DNA from: Candidatus Woesearchaeota archaeon
Lineage (GTDB): Archaea; Nanobdellota; Nanobdellia; Woesearchaeales; BS150m-G63
Direction: 5' to 3'
DNA length: 64,000 bases
Assembly (NCBI GenBank): GCA_016784165.1
Contig: JADHVD010000002.1
Location: forward strand, 6,045 to 70,044
The notes beneath the pieces are model-generated. The model saw only the letters and a list, made by a program, of their open reading frames with translations. It did not search any database and was not told the origin of the DNA. Positions 42,265 through 51,601 of this stretch are shown here, in pieces (position 1 is the first letter of the stretch; every line of letters begins with the position of its first letter). Made by a program: the position numbers and the translations under genes.

Positions 42265-42768
42265 TTATTTGTACCTATATAAATTTAAAAAAGATTTAAT
42301 ATTATCGTGCAAATCATTAACGTCTTTAATTAAATTAGTTTTCCAAGTATCCACATACCTCTTATAGAAGAATTTATCAAATAATGCCCTTATAAAAATA
42401 AACATTGGTTTCTGTTCCCATCTTTGCTCCCAGTCTGTTGTTAAGTACCCATCAAAAACAAAATGAACCTTTCCTTTATTCATTTTTATTTTAGTTCCTT
42501 CTTTTTCAATCTCTACTTCAGTAACATCACTAAGAATCATCTTTATTTGTATTTCATTGATTACATATTCAGTTTGTTTTTTCCAAGGCATATATTCAAT
42601 TTCAATATATTTTCCTTTTGAAGTAACTTTTTCTATGGTTTTGAGCTCTCTTTTTTCATATCCTGTATTTCTAAGCCAATTATCTATTAAATTATAGAGG
42701 TCTGTAGCCTTAAACAAACCCTCATAAGTGAGCCTTACTTGCTCTATGATTAAATCCATCTCAGCCAT
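42265..42768 (-). CDS. Hypothetical protein, paralogue 3 of tandem triplet
   Basis: YEGLF...LY..I..W, TDWEQRWEQKP, IKSFL. Confidence 0.8.
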   Translation of the reverse strand: MAEMDLIIEQVRLTYEGLFKATDLYNLIDNWLRNTGYEKRELKTIEKVTSKGKYIEIEYMPWKKQTEYVINEIQIKMILSDVTEVEIEKEGTKIKMNKGKVHFVFDGYLTTDWEQRWEQKPMFIFIRALFDKFFYKRYVDTWKTNLIKDVNDLHDNIKSFLNLYRYK

Positions 42769-42822
42769 CTTAATACCACATTAGGGATAAATCCTTAAAA
42801 ACTTTGCCTTTTTTTATCTTTA

Positions 42823-43440
42823 CTACCACACATCTTCAAATGCGTTTCCTTTTCCAGTCATATCTAAATATTCTTTAATTTGTCCTTCAAACTTTTCAAT
42901 AATATAATGAAGTCTATCTGACCAAACAATATCCATTGGTTTGGAAAATATAAATCTGTCCAAAAACTTTTTTAAAGCGAGTCCAAAAGGATTATCTTGG
43001 AATCTTTTTTGATAATCTGTTTCAACCTTTCCATTAAATTCAAGAATAAACCTTCCTTTATACATTGTTTTTTTCTTTCCTTTTTCAATGATTTCTATTT
43101 TTCTAACATCAAAAGTATGCATCTCTAAAGTAATATCATATTTATAATACTCAGTTACTTTTCTCCACCCATTCCATTTAAATTCTTCTTCTACCCCAAA
43201 TATGGTTGGTACTTTATATTTATAATCTTTTTCTTCAAAAAAATAATGTCTATTTCTAAACCAATTAATTATAAAATGATATAACCCATCCCAATCAAAA
43301 ACACCATCATAAATAATCCTAGAATAAGGATGATCGCCCATCAAGTTAGAATCTCCTCCTTTTTTATATTTTGGTGGACGATTTACTTTTATTATGCCCT
43401 CTTCACTTTTAATTTTTTTGTCACCTTCTTTTTTAATCAT
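42823..43440 (-). CDS. Hypothetical protein, paralogue 2 of tandem triplet
   Basis: YDGVF...LY..I..W, TDYQKRFQDNP, IKEYL. Confidence 0.8.
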   Translation of the reverse strand: MIKKEGDKKIKSEEGIIKVNRPPKYKKGGDSNLMGDHPYSRIIYDGVFDWDGLYHFIINWFRNRHYFFEEKDYKYKVPTIFGVEEEFKWNGWRKVTEYYKYDITLEMHTFDVRKIEIIEKGKKKTMYKGRFILEFNGKVETDYQKRFQDNPFGLALKKFLDRFIFSKPMDIVWSDRLHYIIEKFEGQIKEYLDMTGKGNAFEDVW

Positions 43441-43445
43441 ACTAA

Positions 43446-44048
43446 TTATTCACCTATACCTTTTCTTGGAAAGAATTCTCCTTGTGATTCTGATTCTGGT
43501 AAATCCATACGCATCTCAAGATAATCTTTTATCGCTTCTCTAAATCTGTAAGTCTCCCTATGTAATTGATCTCTTAAACTTACTATTTGTTTTTTAAATA
43601 ACCTACTTCTAAATACATCGCTAATGTGTTTTAAGAATGGGTGATTTTCCCATTCTTTTTTATAATCAGTAACAACCCAAGAATCAATAAGAATTTCAAT
43701 CTCTCCCCAATTTGTTTTAAATTTTTTCCCATCTTTCATTACTTCAACTGAACGGAGAAGAATAACATGCCCACTAATATTCATTTCCCACCTATAATAA
43801 TTACTATTTGCATAATTTGTTTTTGTGGGGGCTTTTGTTGGTCTCCACACAAACCATGCTTCTGTACCCCCTAAAGCAGATTCATTTTGCCCATTAAATA
43901 TTTCTGGAAAATCCTTATCGCTCCTAGTTGCCCATTCTTCTTGAACTAACCACTCGTGCATCAAGTAATAAAGATTTTTTAGGTGGAAATTATCTTTAAA
44001 TTTGACCCTAAACTGAGCTGCTTTCACCCTTTTTGGATACATTGCCAT
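43446..44048 (-). CDS. Hypothetical protein, paralogue 1 of tandem triplet
   Basis: FKDNF...LY..M..W, TDYKKEWENHP, IKDYL. Confidence 0.8.
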   Translation of the reverse strand: MAMYPKRVKAAQFRVKFKDNFHLKNLYYLMHEWLVQEEWATRSDKDFPEIFNGQNESALGGTEAWFVWRPTKAPTKTNYANSNYYRWEMNISGHVILLRSVEVMKDGKKFKTNWGEIEILIDSWVVTDYKKEWENHPFLKHISDVFRSRLFKKQIVSLRDQLHRETYRFREAIKDYLEMRMDLPESESQGEFFPRKGIGE

Positions 44049-44108
44049 AATACTCTTTAATCCTCAGTTTTATTTAAAAGTTTCGAATAAAATCTCAAAA
44101 TCAATTAT

Positions 44109-44152
44109 AATTCAAATCTAATCCAAATCTAATCCAAATCTAATTCAAAACT
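44109..44152. repeat. Four tandem 11-bp repeats (aatYcaaaWct) in divergent promoter region
   Basis: aattcaaatct aatccaaatct aatccaaatct aattcaaaact. Confidence 0.8.
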
Positions 44153-44183
44153 TTTTTATATCCCTATTAGATTTAACAGAATT

Positions 44184-45383
44184 ATGTTAGTCGGTATAGT
44201 GGGGAAACCAAATTGTGGAAAGTCTACTTTTTTTAAGGCATTAACTTTAGCAGATGTAGAAATAGCCAATTATCCTTTTGCAACAATAAAACCAAATCAC
44301 GGTGTTGGTTTTATTAGGGTAGAATGTGTTGATAAGGAATTCAACACTCAATGTAATCCTCGAGAAGGATTCTGTGTTAATCATATTAGGTTTGTGCCTG
44401 TTGATGTTATTGATGTAGCAGGATTGGTTCCTGGAGCACATGAAGGAAAAGGGATGGGAAATCAATTCTTAAGTGATTTAAATCAAGCAGATGCACTAGT
44501 TCACGTTATTGATTGTTCTGGAGGAACAAACGAAAAAGGAGAATCTGTTGATTCTGGCAGTCATGATCCTGCTAAAGATATTATTTTTCTTGAAACAGAA
44601 TTAGACCATTGGTATTTTGGAATATTGAAAAAGGGGTGGGAAAAGTTTGCAAGACAAGTGCAACAAGAACATAGAGAAATTGCAGTATCGTTAGCTAAAC
44701 AACTTTCAGGATTAGGGGTAGACGAAGATATGTCAAAAAAAGTAATTAATTCTGTTGGCGTAAATAAAGAAACACCCTCTTCTTGGACCGAAGAAGAATT
44801 AATGAAACTGGCTACCCAATTTAGAAAACTTACAAAACCAATAGTTATCGCAGCAAATAAAATAGATGTTCCAGGGGCAATAGAAAACCTTGAAAGATTA
44901 AAAAAAGAATTTCCAGATTATATGATTTTACCTTGTAGTGCAGAATCTGAATTAGCTTTAAAAGAAGCAGTAAAACATAAATTAATCAATTATATTCCTG
45001 GAGACAATAAATTTTCTATTATCGATAAAGGGAAAATTTCAGATAAACAAAAGACAGCATTAGATTTCATAAAATCACACCTTTTAGAAAAAATATCAAC
45101 AACAGGAGTTCAAGATGTGTTAGAGAAAGTAATATTTGAATTATTAAATTATATCGCAATATTTCCCGGCGGAACAAAAAAATTAGAGGATCAATATGGT
45201 AATGTGCTTCCAGATTGTTTTTTAATGAAAGATGGATCTACAGCATTAGATTTTGCTTACCATATTCATTCAGATCTTGGAGATAAATTTATTCGTGCAA
45301 TAGATGTTAAAACAAAAATGACTGTGGGAAAAGAACACCAACTTAAACATAGGGATGTTGTAGAAATAATAACTTCTAAATAA
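44184..45383 (+). CDS. ychF: Obg-family translation-associated GTPase/ATPase (YchF/Ygr210 type) with TGS domain
   Basis: GKPNCGKST, YPFATI, DVAGLV, NKID, TGS C-terminus. Confidence 0.9.
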   Translation: MLVGIVGKPNCGKSTFFKALTLADVEIANYPFATIKPNHGVGFIRVECVDKEFNTQCNPREGFCVNHIRFVPVDVIDVAGLVPGAHEGKGMGNQFLSDLNQADALVHVIDCSGGTNEKGESVDSGSHDPAKDIIFLETELDHWYFGILKKGWEKFARQVQQEHREIAVSLAKQLSGLGVDEDMSKKVINSVGVNKETPSSWTEEELMKLATQFRKLTKPIVIAANKIDVPGAIENLERLKKEFPDYMILPCSAESELALKEAVKHKLINYIPGDNKFSIIDKGKISDKQKTALDFIKSHLLEKISTTGVQDVLEKVIFELLNYIAIFPGGTKKLEDQYGNVLPDCFLMKDGSTALDFAYHIHSDLGDKFIRAIDVKTKMTVGKEHQLKHRDVVEIITSK

Positions 45384-45404
45384 AAAGAGTGATAATAAAA
45401 ATAA

Positions 45405-45779
45405 TTATTTTTTTAGTTTTTTAAAACTTTCAGGAATATCTATAACATATTTCCCTTCTTCTAATTTAAAAATAAGAGGTTCTCCTTTAAACAATTTAAC
45501 TAAATCAAGATCATATTGCCCTGGTTTTCTTATTTTTATAGATTCTAAATCTAGCACTATTGGTTTTTCTTTAGGCATATCTCCGCCGACCATACCAATA
45601 ACATCTTTTTCTATCTCTTTTTTTTCTTTTTCAGTTAAGTTAACAGTTTCTTCTTTAACTTTTTTTAATCTATCTTTTCGTATGTAGAAAAATAATTTTG
45701 CACCACATTTACAACCTTTTAGAATTTCTTCGGCACCATCTTCATAAAATGTATTGCACCTTACACATTGATGTGGCAT
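45405..45779 (-). CDS. oapC: Zn-ribbon protein (DUF2072/OapC)
   Basis: MPHQCVRC...ILKGC.CG..F.Y, ESI.I..PG.Y. Confidence 0.82.
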   Translation of the reverse strand: MPHQCVRCNTFYEDGAEEILKGCKCGAKLFFYIRKDRLKKVKEETVNLTEKEKKEIEKDVIGMVGGDMPKEKPIVLDLESIKIRKPGQYDLDLVKLFKGEPLIFKLEEGKYVIDIPESFKKLKK

Positions 45780-45785
45780 ATTAAT

Positions 45786-46193
45786 CTATTTCCTCTTTCT
45801 TTTTCTAATTACTTTTTTCTTAGATTCTTCAATCATAAATTGGAGTTTTTTAGGGTCTTTTTTGACTTTTTTAACAATATTTGCAGGTCCAACTAATGTT
45901 AAACCTTGTCTGTCACCCAATAAAGCATTTACAACAGTACTTTTTACTTTCTCAAAACCAGTCAAAGCCCCACTATTTTCCATAGGATTCATAACAGCAA
46001 GTTCTATCCCTCTAAATTCTTTATTAATCTCTTCCATAGTCACTTTGATTAATTCTGCTTCTTCTTCTTTTCTAAGTCTCCCATGTAATAACACTACTTT
46101 ATTCTCTTTTGCCATATTAAGTAATTTTCTGATTCTTCCTAAAGAACTCAATCCATCAATTTCTGAATATGGGACTATTTGTAAAGTTAACAT
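45786..46193 (-). CDS. oapB: DUF2073 protein (OapB)
   Basis: L..EEEAELI..TM..I...F.GIE, GLTLVGPAN. Confidence 0.82.
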   Translation of the reverse strand: MLTLQIVPYSEIDGLSSLGRIRKLLNMAKENKVVLLHGRLRKEEEAELIKVTMEEINKEFRGIELAVMNPMENSGALTGFEKVKSTVVNALLGDRQGLTLVGPANIVKKVKKDPKKLQFMIEESKKKVIRKRKRK

Positions 46194-46194
46194 T

Positions 46195-46827
46195 TTATTT
46201 AACCACCTTGAATAATGTTTCATAGAAATCATCTATATTATTCCCTTTTTTTGCAGAAATCCCAATAACTTCATATTGGGGGAATGCAGCTTTGACTTTC
46301 TTTAATTTAGCACGCTTTAAATCTACCTTATTTCCCACAACTAATACTGGAATATCCCTGGCAACTAAATTACCAATAATCGTGATATTTACTTGTGAAT
46401 ATGGGTCTTTTGTTGAGTCTAATACAACAACCACACTATCAACTTCATCTAACCATTTGATAGAATCTATAACTCCTTTTGTTGCATCTTTAGCTCTTTT
46501 TTTAGCTTCTTTCTCTTTAATACCTACTTTTAAGAAATCTTCATAATCAATTCTTGTTGCAATTCCAGGGGTATCTACCAAATTAAAAGATATCTCTTTA
46601 TTCCCCGATTTGATATTAACTTGTTCCTTTATTTGAATTTCTCTTGTTTCATGAGGTACATTAGAAGCAACACCCATATCTTCCCCCAACCAATCTTGAC
46701 AGATTCTATTAGCTAATGTAGTTTTACCAGCATTTGGAGGGCCATATAAGCCTAATTTGATATGTTTTTTTTTATTAAAAATATTATTGATAAACTTATT
46801 CAAAAACATCTGTAAAGCATTTAACAT
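46195..46827 (-). CDS. oapA: Era-like small GTPase (OapA)
   Basis: GLYGPPNAGKTTLANRI, PHETR, DTPG, NKVD, ISA. Confidence 0.88.
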   Translation of the reverse strand: MLNALQMFLNKFINNIFNKKKHIKLGLYGPPNAGKTTLANRICQDWLGEDMGVASNVPHETREIQIKEQVNIKSGNKEISFNLVDTPGIATRIDYEDFLKVGIKEKEAKKRAKDATKGVIDSIKWLDEVDSVVVVLDSTKDPYSQVNITIIGNLVARDIPVLVVGNKVDLKRAKLKKVKAAFPQYEVIGISAKKGNNIDDFYETLFKVVK

Positions 46828-46974
46828 ATTATTTCCACCACATAATTTTTATATTAAAAATAAATTACTTTTCGTTTATATATTTTTCTATAAATCAATA
46901 CACCTATTAGATTAACATCAGGTAATCTTAGATTAACAGAAAAACTTAAATAATATTTACCTTTAATAAATAAT

Positions 46975-47541
46975 ATGGAAAGTCTTTCTAAAGATGTGAA
47001 TGTAGATGTTCTTCAAAAAATAAAGAAAGGAATTCTTACTGGAAATGTCAACAATCTTAAAAAAATAACCCAAACCGCGTTAAATAATGCAAGCATATTT
47101 CAGGACGAAACCTCTATCTCAATTGCAATAATTAGTTATGCAATTTATAAATTAATTGAGAGAAAACGTTTTGTAGAAATAGAAATACCTATTAGCATTT
47201 ACAGAGACATCATTAAAAGTTTAGAAAATTCTTCATTATCTATATCTAATAATAATCAAAAAAGATTAAAACAAAATCTCAGGGTGTTATTTGAAAGCAT
47301 AAATAAATTAGATGGCAGATTGCCAATTTATATTGGAGAAATCTTAGAAAAAGCAAAAGTAAAAAAAGCATACATGATACACGAAAAAGGGATCTCTTTA
47401 GCAAGAGCTGCAGAATTGATGGGAACTTCTCAATGGGAATTAATGCATTATATTGGAAAAACTCGAATTAGTGAACACATATCTAAAAAAATAGATGTAA
47501 AAACAAGATTAAATTTTACAAGAGGGCTTTTTGGATTATAA
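46975..47541 (+). CDS. Hypothetical protein with C-terminal UPF0175-like HTH
   Basis: GISLARAAELMGTSQWEL. Confidence 0.65.
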   Translation: MESLSKDVNVDVLQKIKKGILTGNVNNLKKITQTALNNASIFQDETSISIAIISYAIYKLIERKRFVEIEIPISIYRDIIKSLENSSLSISNNNQKRLKQNLRVLFESINKLDGRLPIYIGEILEKAKVKKAYMIHEKGISLARAAELMGTSQWELMHYIGKTRISEHISKKIDVKTRLNFTRGLFGL

Positions 47542-47542
47542 A

Positions 47543-48238
47543 ATGAAAATATTATTATTTGATACAGGACCAATAATTAGTATGACTATGAATCACATTA
47601 TATGGTCTCTAAAACTTCTTAAAAAACAATTCAAAGGTAAATTCTATATAACAGAAGCAGTAAAAAAAGAGTTAATAGATAAACCACTAAGGACCAAAAA
47701 ATTCAAATTAGAAGCACTCCAAACGCTTTATAGAATAAATGCAAAAACACTTGAAATTAAAACAGCACCAGGATTAGATTCCAAAACAGATTATTTACTT
47801 AAGCTCGCTAATACTTGCTTTAAGTATGATTCACATTACCTTAAAATTGTTCAATATGCGGAAATAGAAACACTTGCTTTAGCACTTATAATTAAAGCTG
47901 ACGCTATTGTGATTGACGAGAAAACAACAAGGTTATTAGTAGAAGACCCCAATAAATTAGAAAAAATCCTTTCTTATAAAATCCATAGGAAAGTTTCAAT
48001 AGATCAAACAAATTTAAAAAAATTCATAACAGCAGTAAAAGGTGTAAATCTTATAAGGTCAGCTGAATTAGTTTCTATAGCCTTTGAATTAGGATTATTG
48101 GATAAATATATCTCTAATAGGCCAAATGCAAAAAAAGAATTATTAGAAGCATTATTATGGGGAATTAAATTAGAAGGTTGCGCAATATCTGAAAAAGAGA
48201 TTAGAATGATAGATAAACTAGAACGTAAAAATTTTTAA
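47543..48238 (+). CDS. PIN-domain protein (DUF3368-like)
   Basis: LFDTGPII, V..EL, AEIETLALA, IVIDE. Confidence 0.72.
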   Translation: MKILLFDTGPIISMTMNHIIWSLKLLKKQFKGKFYITEAVKKELIDKPLRTKKFKLEALQTLYRINAKTLEIKTAPGLDSKTDYLLKLANTCFKYDSHYLKIVQYAEIETLALALIIKADAIVIDEKTTRLLVEDPNKLEKILSYKIHRKVSIDQTNLKKFITAVKGVNLIRSAELVSIAFELGLLDKYISNRPNAKKELLEALLWGIKLEGCAISEKEIRMIDKLERKNF

Positions 48239-48340
48239 TTTTTTAATAAATAGACGACAAAATCTCCTTTTATACGAAAAGTTTATATATTTAAACCCTT
48301 TTTTCTCCTCTATAACTTAAAATATTGGGGGTAAATTAAA

Positions 48341-48574
48341 ATGGCTGAAAAAGTTGAAAAAGCAGGAGTTAAAAAAGAAGGTGGATATCTATATTTCGTT
48401 GACAAAGCAGGAGATATTTCCAGAGCTAAAATGGCTCGAGGCGGAAGAAAAAAAGGTTCTACCGGTACTGAAAAAGTAACAAAAGTGGGAGTCAAAAAAG
48501 AATCAGGATACCTATATTTTGTTGACAAAGCAGGAGACGTTTCAAGAGCTAAAATGGCTCGAGGAAGGAAGTAA
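48341..48574 (+). CDS. Small basic protein made of two near-identical ~35-aa repeats
   Basis: GVKKE(G/S)GYLYFVDKAGD(I/V)SRAKMARG twice; own TATA box, GGGGT SD and T-rich terminator. Confidence 0.85.
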   Translation: MAEKVEKAGVKKEGGYLYFVDKAGDISRAKMARGGRKKGSTGTEKVTKVGVKKESGYLYFVDKAGDVSRAKMARGRK

Positions 48575-48668
48575 TAACTTCCTTTTTTATTTTTTATTTT
48601 CTATTCTTAAAAATATAAATTCTTAAATAATCAGATTAATTTCTTAATAAAAGGGTGTGGGGAAAATA

Positions 48669-49874
48669 ATGAAATTTGCACATTTAGCAGACTGTCATAT
48701 AGGGGCTTGGAAAGAGCCCAAACTGAGAAATGCTAATAGTAAGGCATTTACTAAAGCAATAGAATTATGTATAGCTCAAAAAGTTGATTTTATTCTTATA
48801 AGTGGTGATTTATTCAATACAGCTCTCCCTAGTTTAGATTTATTAAAACTAGTTGTGATTAAACTTAAAGAATTAAGAGATTTAGGTATATCAACCTATA
48901 TAATTCCAGGAAGTCACGATTTTTCTCCAAGCGGGAAAACCATCTTAGATGTACTTGAAAAAGCAGATTTATTGATTAACGTATTTAAAGGGAAAGTAGT
49001 TGGCAAGAAATTAGTATTAGAATTTACTACAGACGAAAAAACAGGAGTAAAGATAACAGGAATTTTAGGTAAAAGGGGAATGTTAGAAAAACATTTTTAC
49101 CAATCCCTGGATAAAAAATCATTAGAAGATGAACCAGGTTATAAAATTTTTATGTTCCATACAGCATTAACAGAATATAAACCAAAAGAGCTAAAGATGA
49201 TGGACTCTGCACCATCTTCCTTTTTACCAAAAAATTTTAATTATTATGCTGGAGGACATATACATTATGTTTTTGAAAAAAGAGAAAAAAATAATCTTCT
49301 TATTTACCCTGGGCCTTTATTCCCAAATAATTTTAGAGAAATAGAAAATTTAGGCGTAGGTAGCCTTTATATCATAACAGATAATAAACCAGAGTTTTAC
49401 CCCATCCAAGTTTATCCGTCTCTTAGTATAAAAATTAAAGGAGATAATAAAACACCCGAACAAATCGAAGGAGAAATTAAAGAAAATATAAAAAATAAAG
49501 AATTTAATAATACTATTGTTACAATTAGGGTAAGTGGAGAATTAAAAACAGGAAAACCAACAGATATCAATTTTAAATCTATTTTTGCTGAACTCTATCT
49601 TAAATCTGCTTATTTTGTAATGAAATCTACTTCTATGTTAAGTTCAAAAGAATTCAAAGATATAAAAATTAGTGATAGCCCAACAACAGATATTGAAAAT
49701 TTTTTAATTGAAGAAGATCTAAAATCTAAAAATGAGATTTCAAAAAAAGATTTAATTAAATCATTAATAATTTTATTAGATAAAGAAAAAGAAGAAGGAG
49801 AAAAAGTGAATGATTTTGAACATAGAATCCATGATGATTTGATTAAAGCACTCAAAGTAGATGATTTGTTTTAA
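48669..49874 (+). CDS. mre11: Mre11/SbcD DNA repair nuclease
   Basis: ADCHIG, SGDLF, PGSHD, FH, GGHIH, YPG. Confidence 0.88.
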   Translation: MKFAHLADCHIGAWKEPKLRNANSKAFTKAIELCIAQKVDFILISGDLFNTALPSLDLLKLVVIKLKELRDLGISTYIIPGSHDFSPSGKTILDVLEKADLLINVFKGKVVGKKLVLEFTTDEKTGVKITGILGKRGMLEKHFYQSLDKKSLEDEPGYKIFMFHTALTEYKPKELKMMDSAPSSFLPKNFNYYAGGHIHYVFEKREKNNLLIYPGPLFPNNFREIENLGVGSLYIITDNKPEFYPIQVYPSLSIKIKGDNKTPEQIEGEIKENIKNKEFNNTIVTIRVSGELKTGKPTDINFKSIFAELYLKSAYFVMKSTSMLSSKEFKDIKISDSPTTDIENFLIEEDLKSKNEISKKDLIKSLIILLDKEKEEGEKVNDFEHRIHDDLIKALKVDDLF

Positions 49875-49938
49875 CCTACCAATTAAATAATAATTAATTC
49901 TAAGAACATTTAAATACTACCTCTAAATAACCTCAATC

Positions 49939-50169
49939 ATGGCAAAAGAATCAAAAGACGAACAAATAGGTTTTCATAAAGGATCTCTTTCAACATTAGC
50001 TAAAGAAAGGCAAGAACTGCAAAGAATTCTTCAGATAGTAGAACAACTGATGCAGATGCACGTGTCTTCTTTAAAAGACCTTGGTGTAGACCTTTCAGAA
50101 GAAATAGCACAAACAGAAGAAAGCACTAACAAAAAAGCACCAAAAAAACCAATAGAAGATTTGCTTTGA
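49939..50169 (+). CDS. Small conserved helical hypothetical protein
   Basis: 76 aa, IGFHKGSLSTLAKERQEL. Confidence 0.75.
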   Translation: MAKESKDEQIGFHKGSLSTLAKERQELQRILQIVEQLMQMHVSSLKDLGVDLSEEIAQTEESTNKKAPKKPIEDLL

Positions 50170-50322
50170 TAAATCTGTTAGACTTTCTTAAATTTAGGTG
50201 TTTATTATACTAAATGGATTTTTAATGTAAATTAGTGAAATCTTTACTAAATAGTGGTTACAGACGAAAACTTTAAATATATATAGTCTTGATTTAAGAG
50301 TATAATTAATATAAATTCAAAA

Positions 50323-51594
50323 ATGAAAAATATTCTTGATAATTTAGAAGACTTAGTAAAAGAATCACCTGAAATAGTTTTAAAAAGAAAATTAATAGAT
50401 GAACCTTACAACACTATACTCGGAATGGTGAGGAGGGGGAAAAAACCCCAAAAAGTAGATGATTTGAAAAATGAATTAGTTTACTCTATTTTTGATATCA
50501 ATAAAGATGAAAGTTTGAGAATGCAAAGTGGAGATCACATTTCTAAACCTTACGTCAATAATCTTGTGATTATACAAGGCAAAACAATTCCAACAAATTA
50601 TTTATTTCAAAATTTATTTTCTTCAAAATTAAATTTTCCTGAAAAAAATAAATATAGTTCTATTGATTCTTTTCTTCGTAAAGCGGGTAAAAATATGGTG
50701 GAAAATGTTTTTGGAGAAGAAACTTCTAAGGTATTTAAGTATTCATATGAAAAACATTTACAAACAAAAATTATGAGGGCAATGACAAACACTTATTTCT
50801 CACACCCAGTTAGGGTGGCCCACGCAATAAAATCAGATAAGTTATCACAAGAATATGTGTTATTGGCTTTTCTTCATGATATTATAGAAGAGACACAAAA
50901 ATACAGAAAAAAGAAAATAGAAAACATTACAAAAAAAATGAAAGATGCGCCAACTTCTGAAAAATATTCAAAAGTTATTGTGAAAATAAATAATCAAATA
51001 AAAAATCCTCCTGAGTTAAATGAAATAATGGAATTATTTTATAGGGATCAAGAACTTGGAAAAAATATTATTAAACCACTTTTAGCAATTAGCAATTATA
51101 AAAATAAAAAATATTCTAATTATATTAAAGATATGTTTGATTATTCTAAAAAATGTGTACAAAAAGGAGAGGGTAAACAATTTCCATGTGATAGGGCAAT
51201 AATTGTAAAATTATATGATGCCATAGATAATACACAAACTCTTGTAGGCACTAGTGGAAATGCCCAATTAAAAAGACTTAGGAGAAATGTAATATTGGGG
51301 GATTATACTTATCATTTTTTAGATCAAAATCATATTTCAAAAAAAGATAAACCCTTAATATGGAAAGGATTAAAAAATCTAATATATTTTTCTGCAATTA
51401 ATGCAGATAAATTTGATAGATTATATTCTTTAGAATCTAAATTAAATGTAGATCAAAAATTGATGGAAGACCATTATGATAAAAGTTTTATTTACGCATC
51501 TACTCTTTTTTCAGAAATAAATCAAGGAATAAGATCTCTTGCAGAGAAAGTACTTCCAAAAGAAATATTAAAAAATCTTTATAATAAAAAATGA
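50323..51594 (+). CDS. HD-domain protein, RelA/SpoT (Mesh1/SAH)-type hydrolase-like, with N-terminal extension
   Basis: YFSHPVRVA, LLAFLHDIIEET, AIIVKLYDAIDN..TL match the RSH hydrolase motif order. Confidence 0.78.
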   Translation: MKNILDNLEDLVKESPEIVLKRKLIDEPYNTILGMVRRGKKPQKVDDLKNELVYSIFDINKDESLRMQSGDHISKPYVNNLVIIQGKTIPTNYLFQNLFSSKLNFPEKNKYSSIDSFLRKAGKNMVENVFGEETSKVFKYSYEKHLQTKIMRAMTNTYFSHPVRVAHAIKSDKLSQEYVLLAFLHDIIEETQKYRKKKIENITKKMKDAPTSEKYSKVIVKINNQIKNPPELNEIMELFYRDQELGKNIIKPLLAISNYKNKKYSNYIKDMFDYSKKCVQKGEGKQFPCDRAIIVKLYDAIDNTQTLVGTSGNAQLKRLRRNVILGDYTYHFLDQNHISKKDKPLIWKGLKNLIYFSAINADKFDRLYSLESKLNVDQKLMEDHYDKSFIYASTLFSEINQGIRSLAEKVLPKEILKNLYNKK

Positions 51595-51601
51595 ATAGAA
51601 A

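Noticed and set aside
44109-44152. CRISPR array
   Set aside because: Contiguous 11-bp repeats with no spacers and no cas genes
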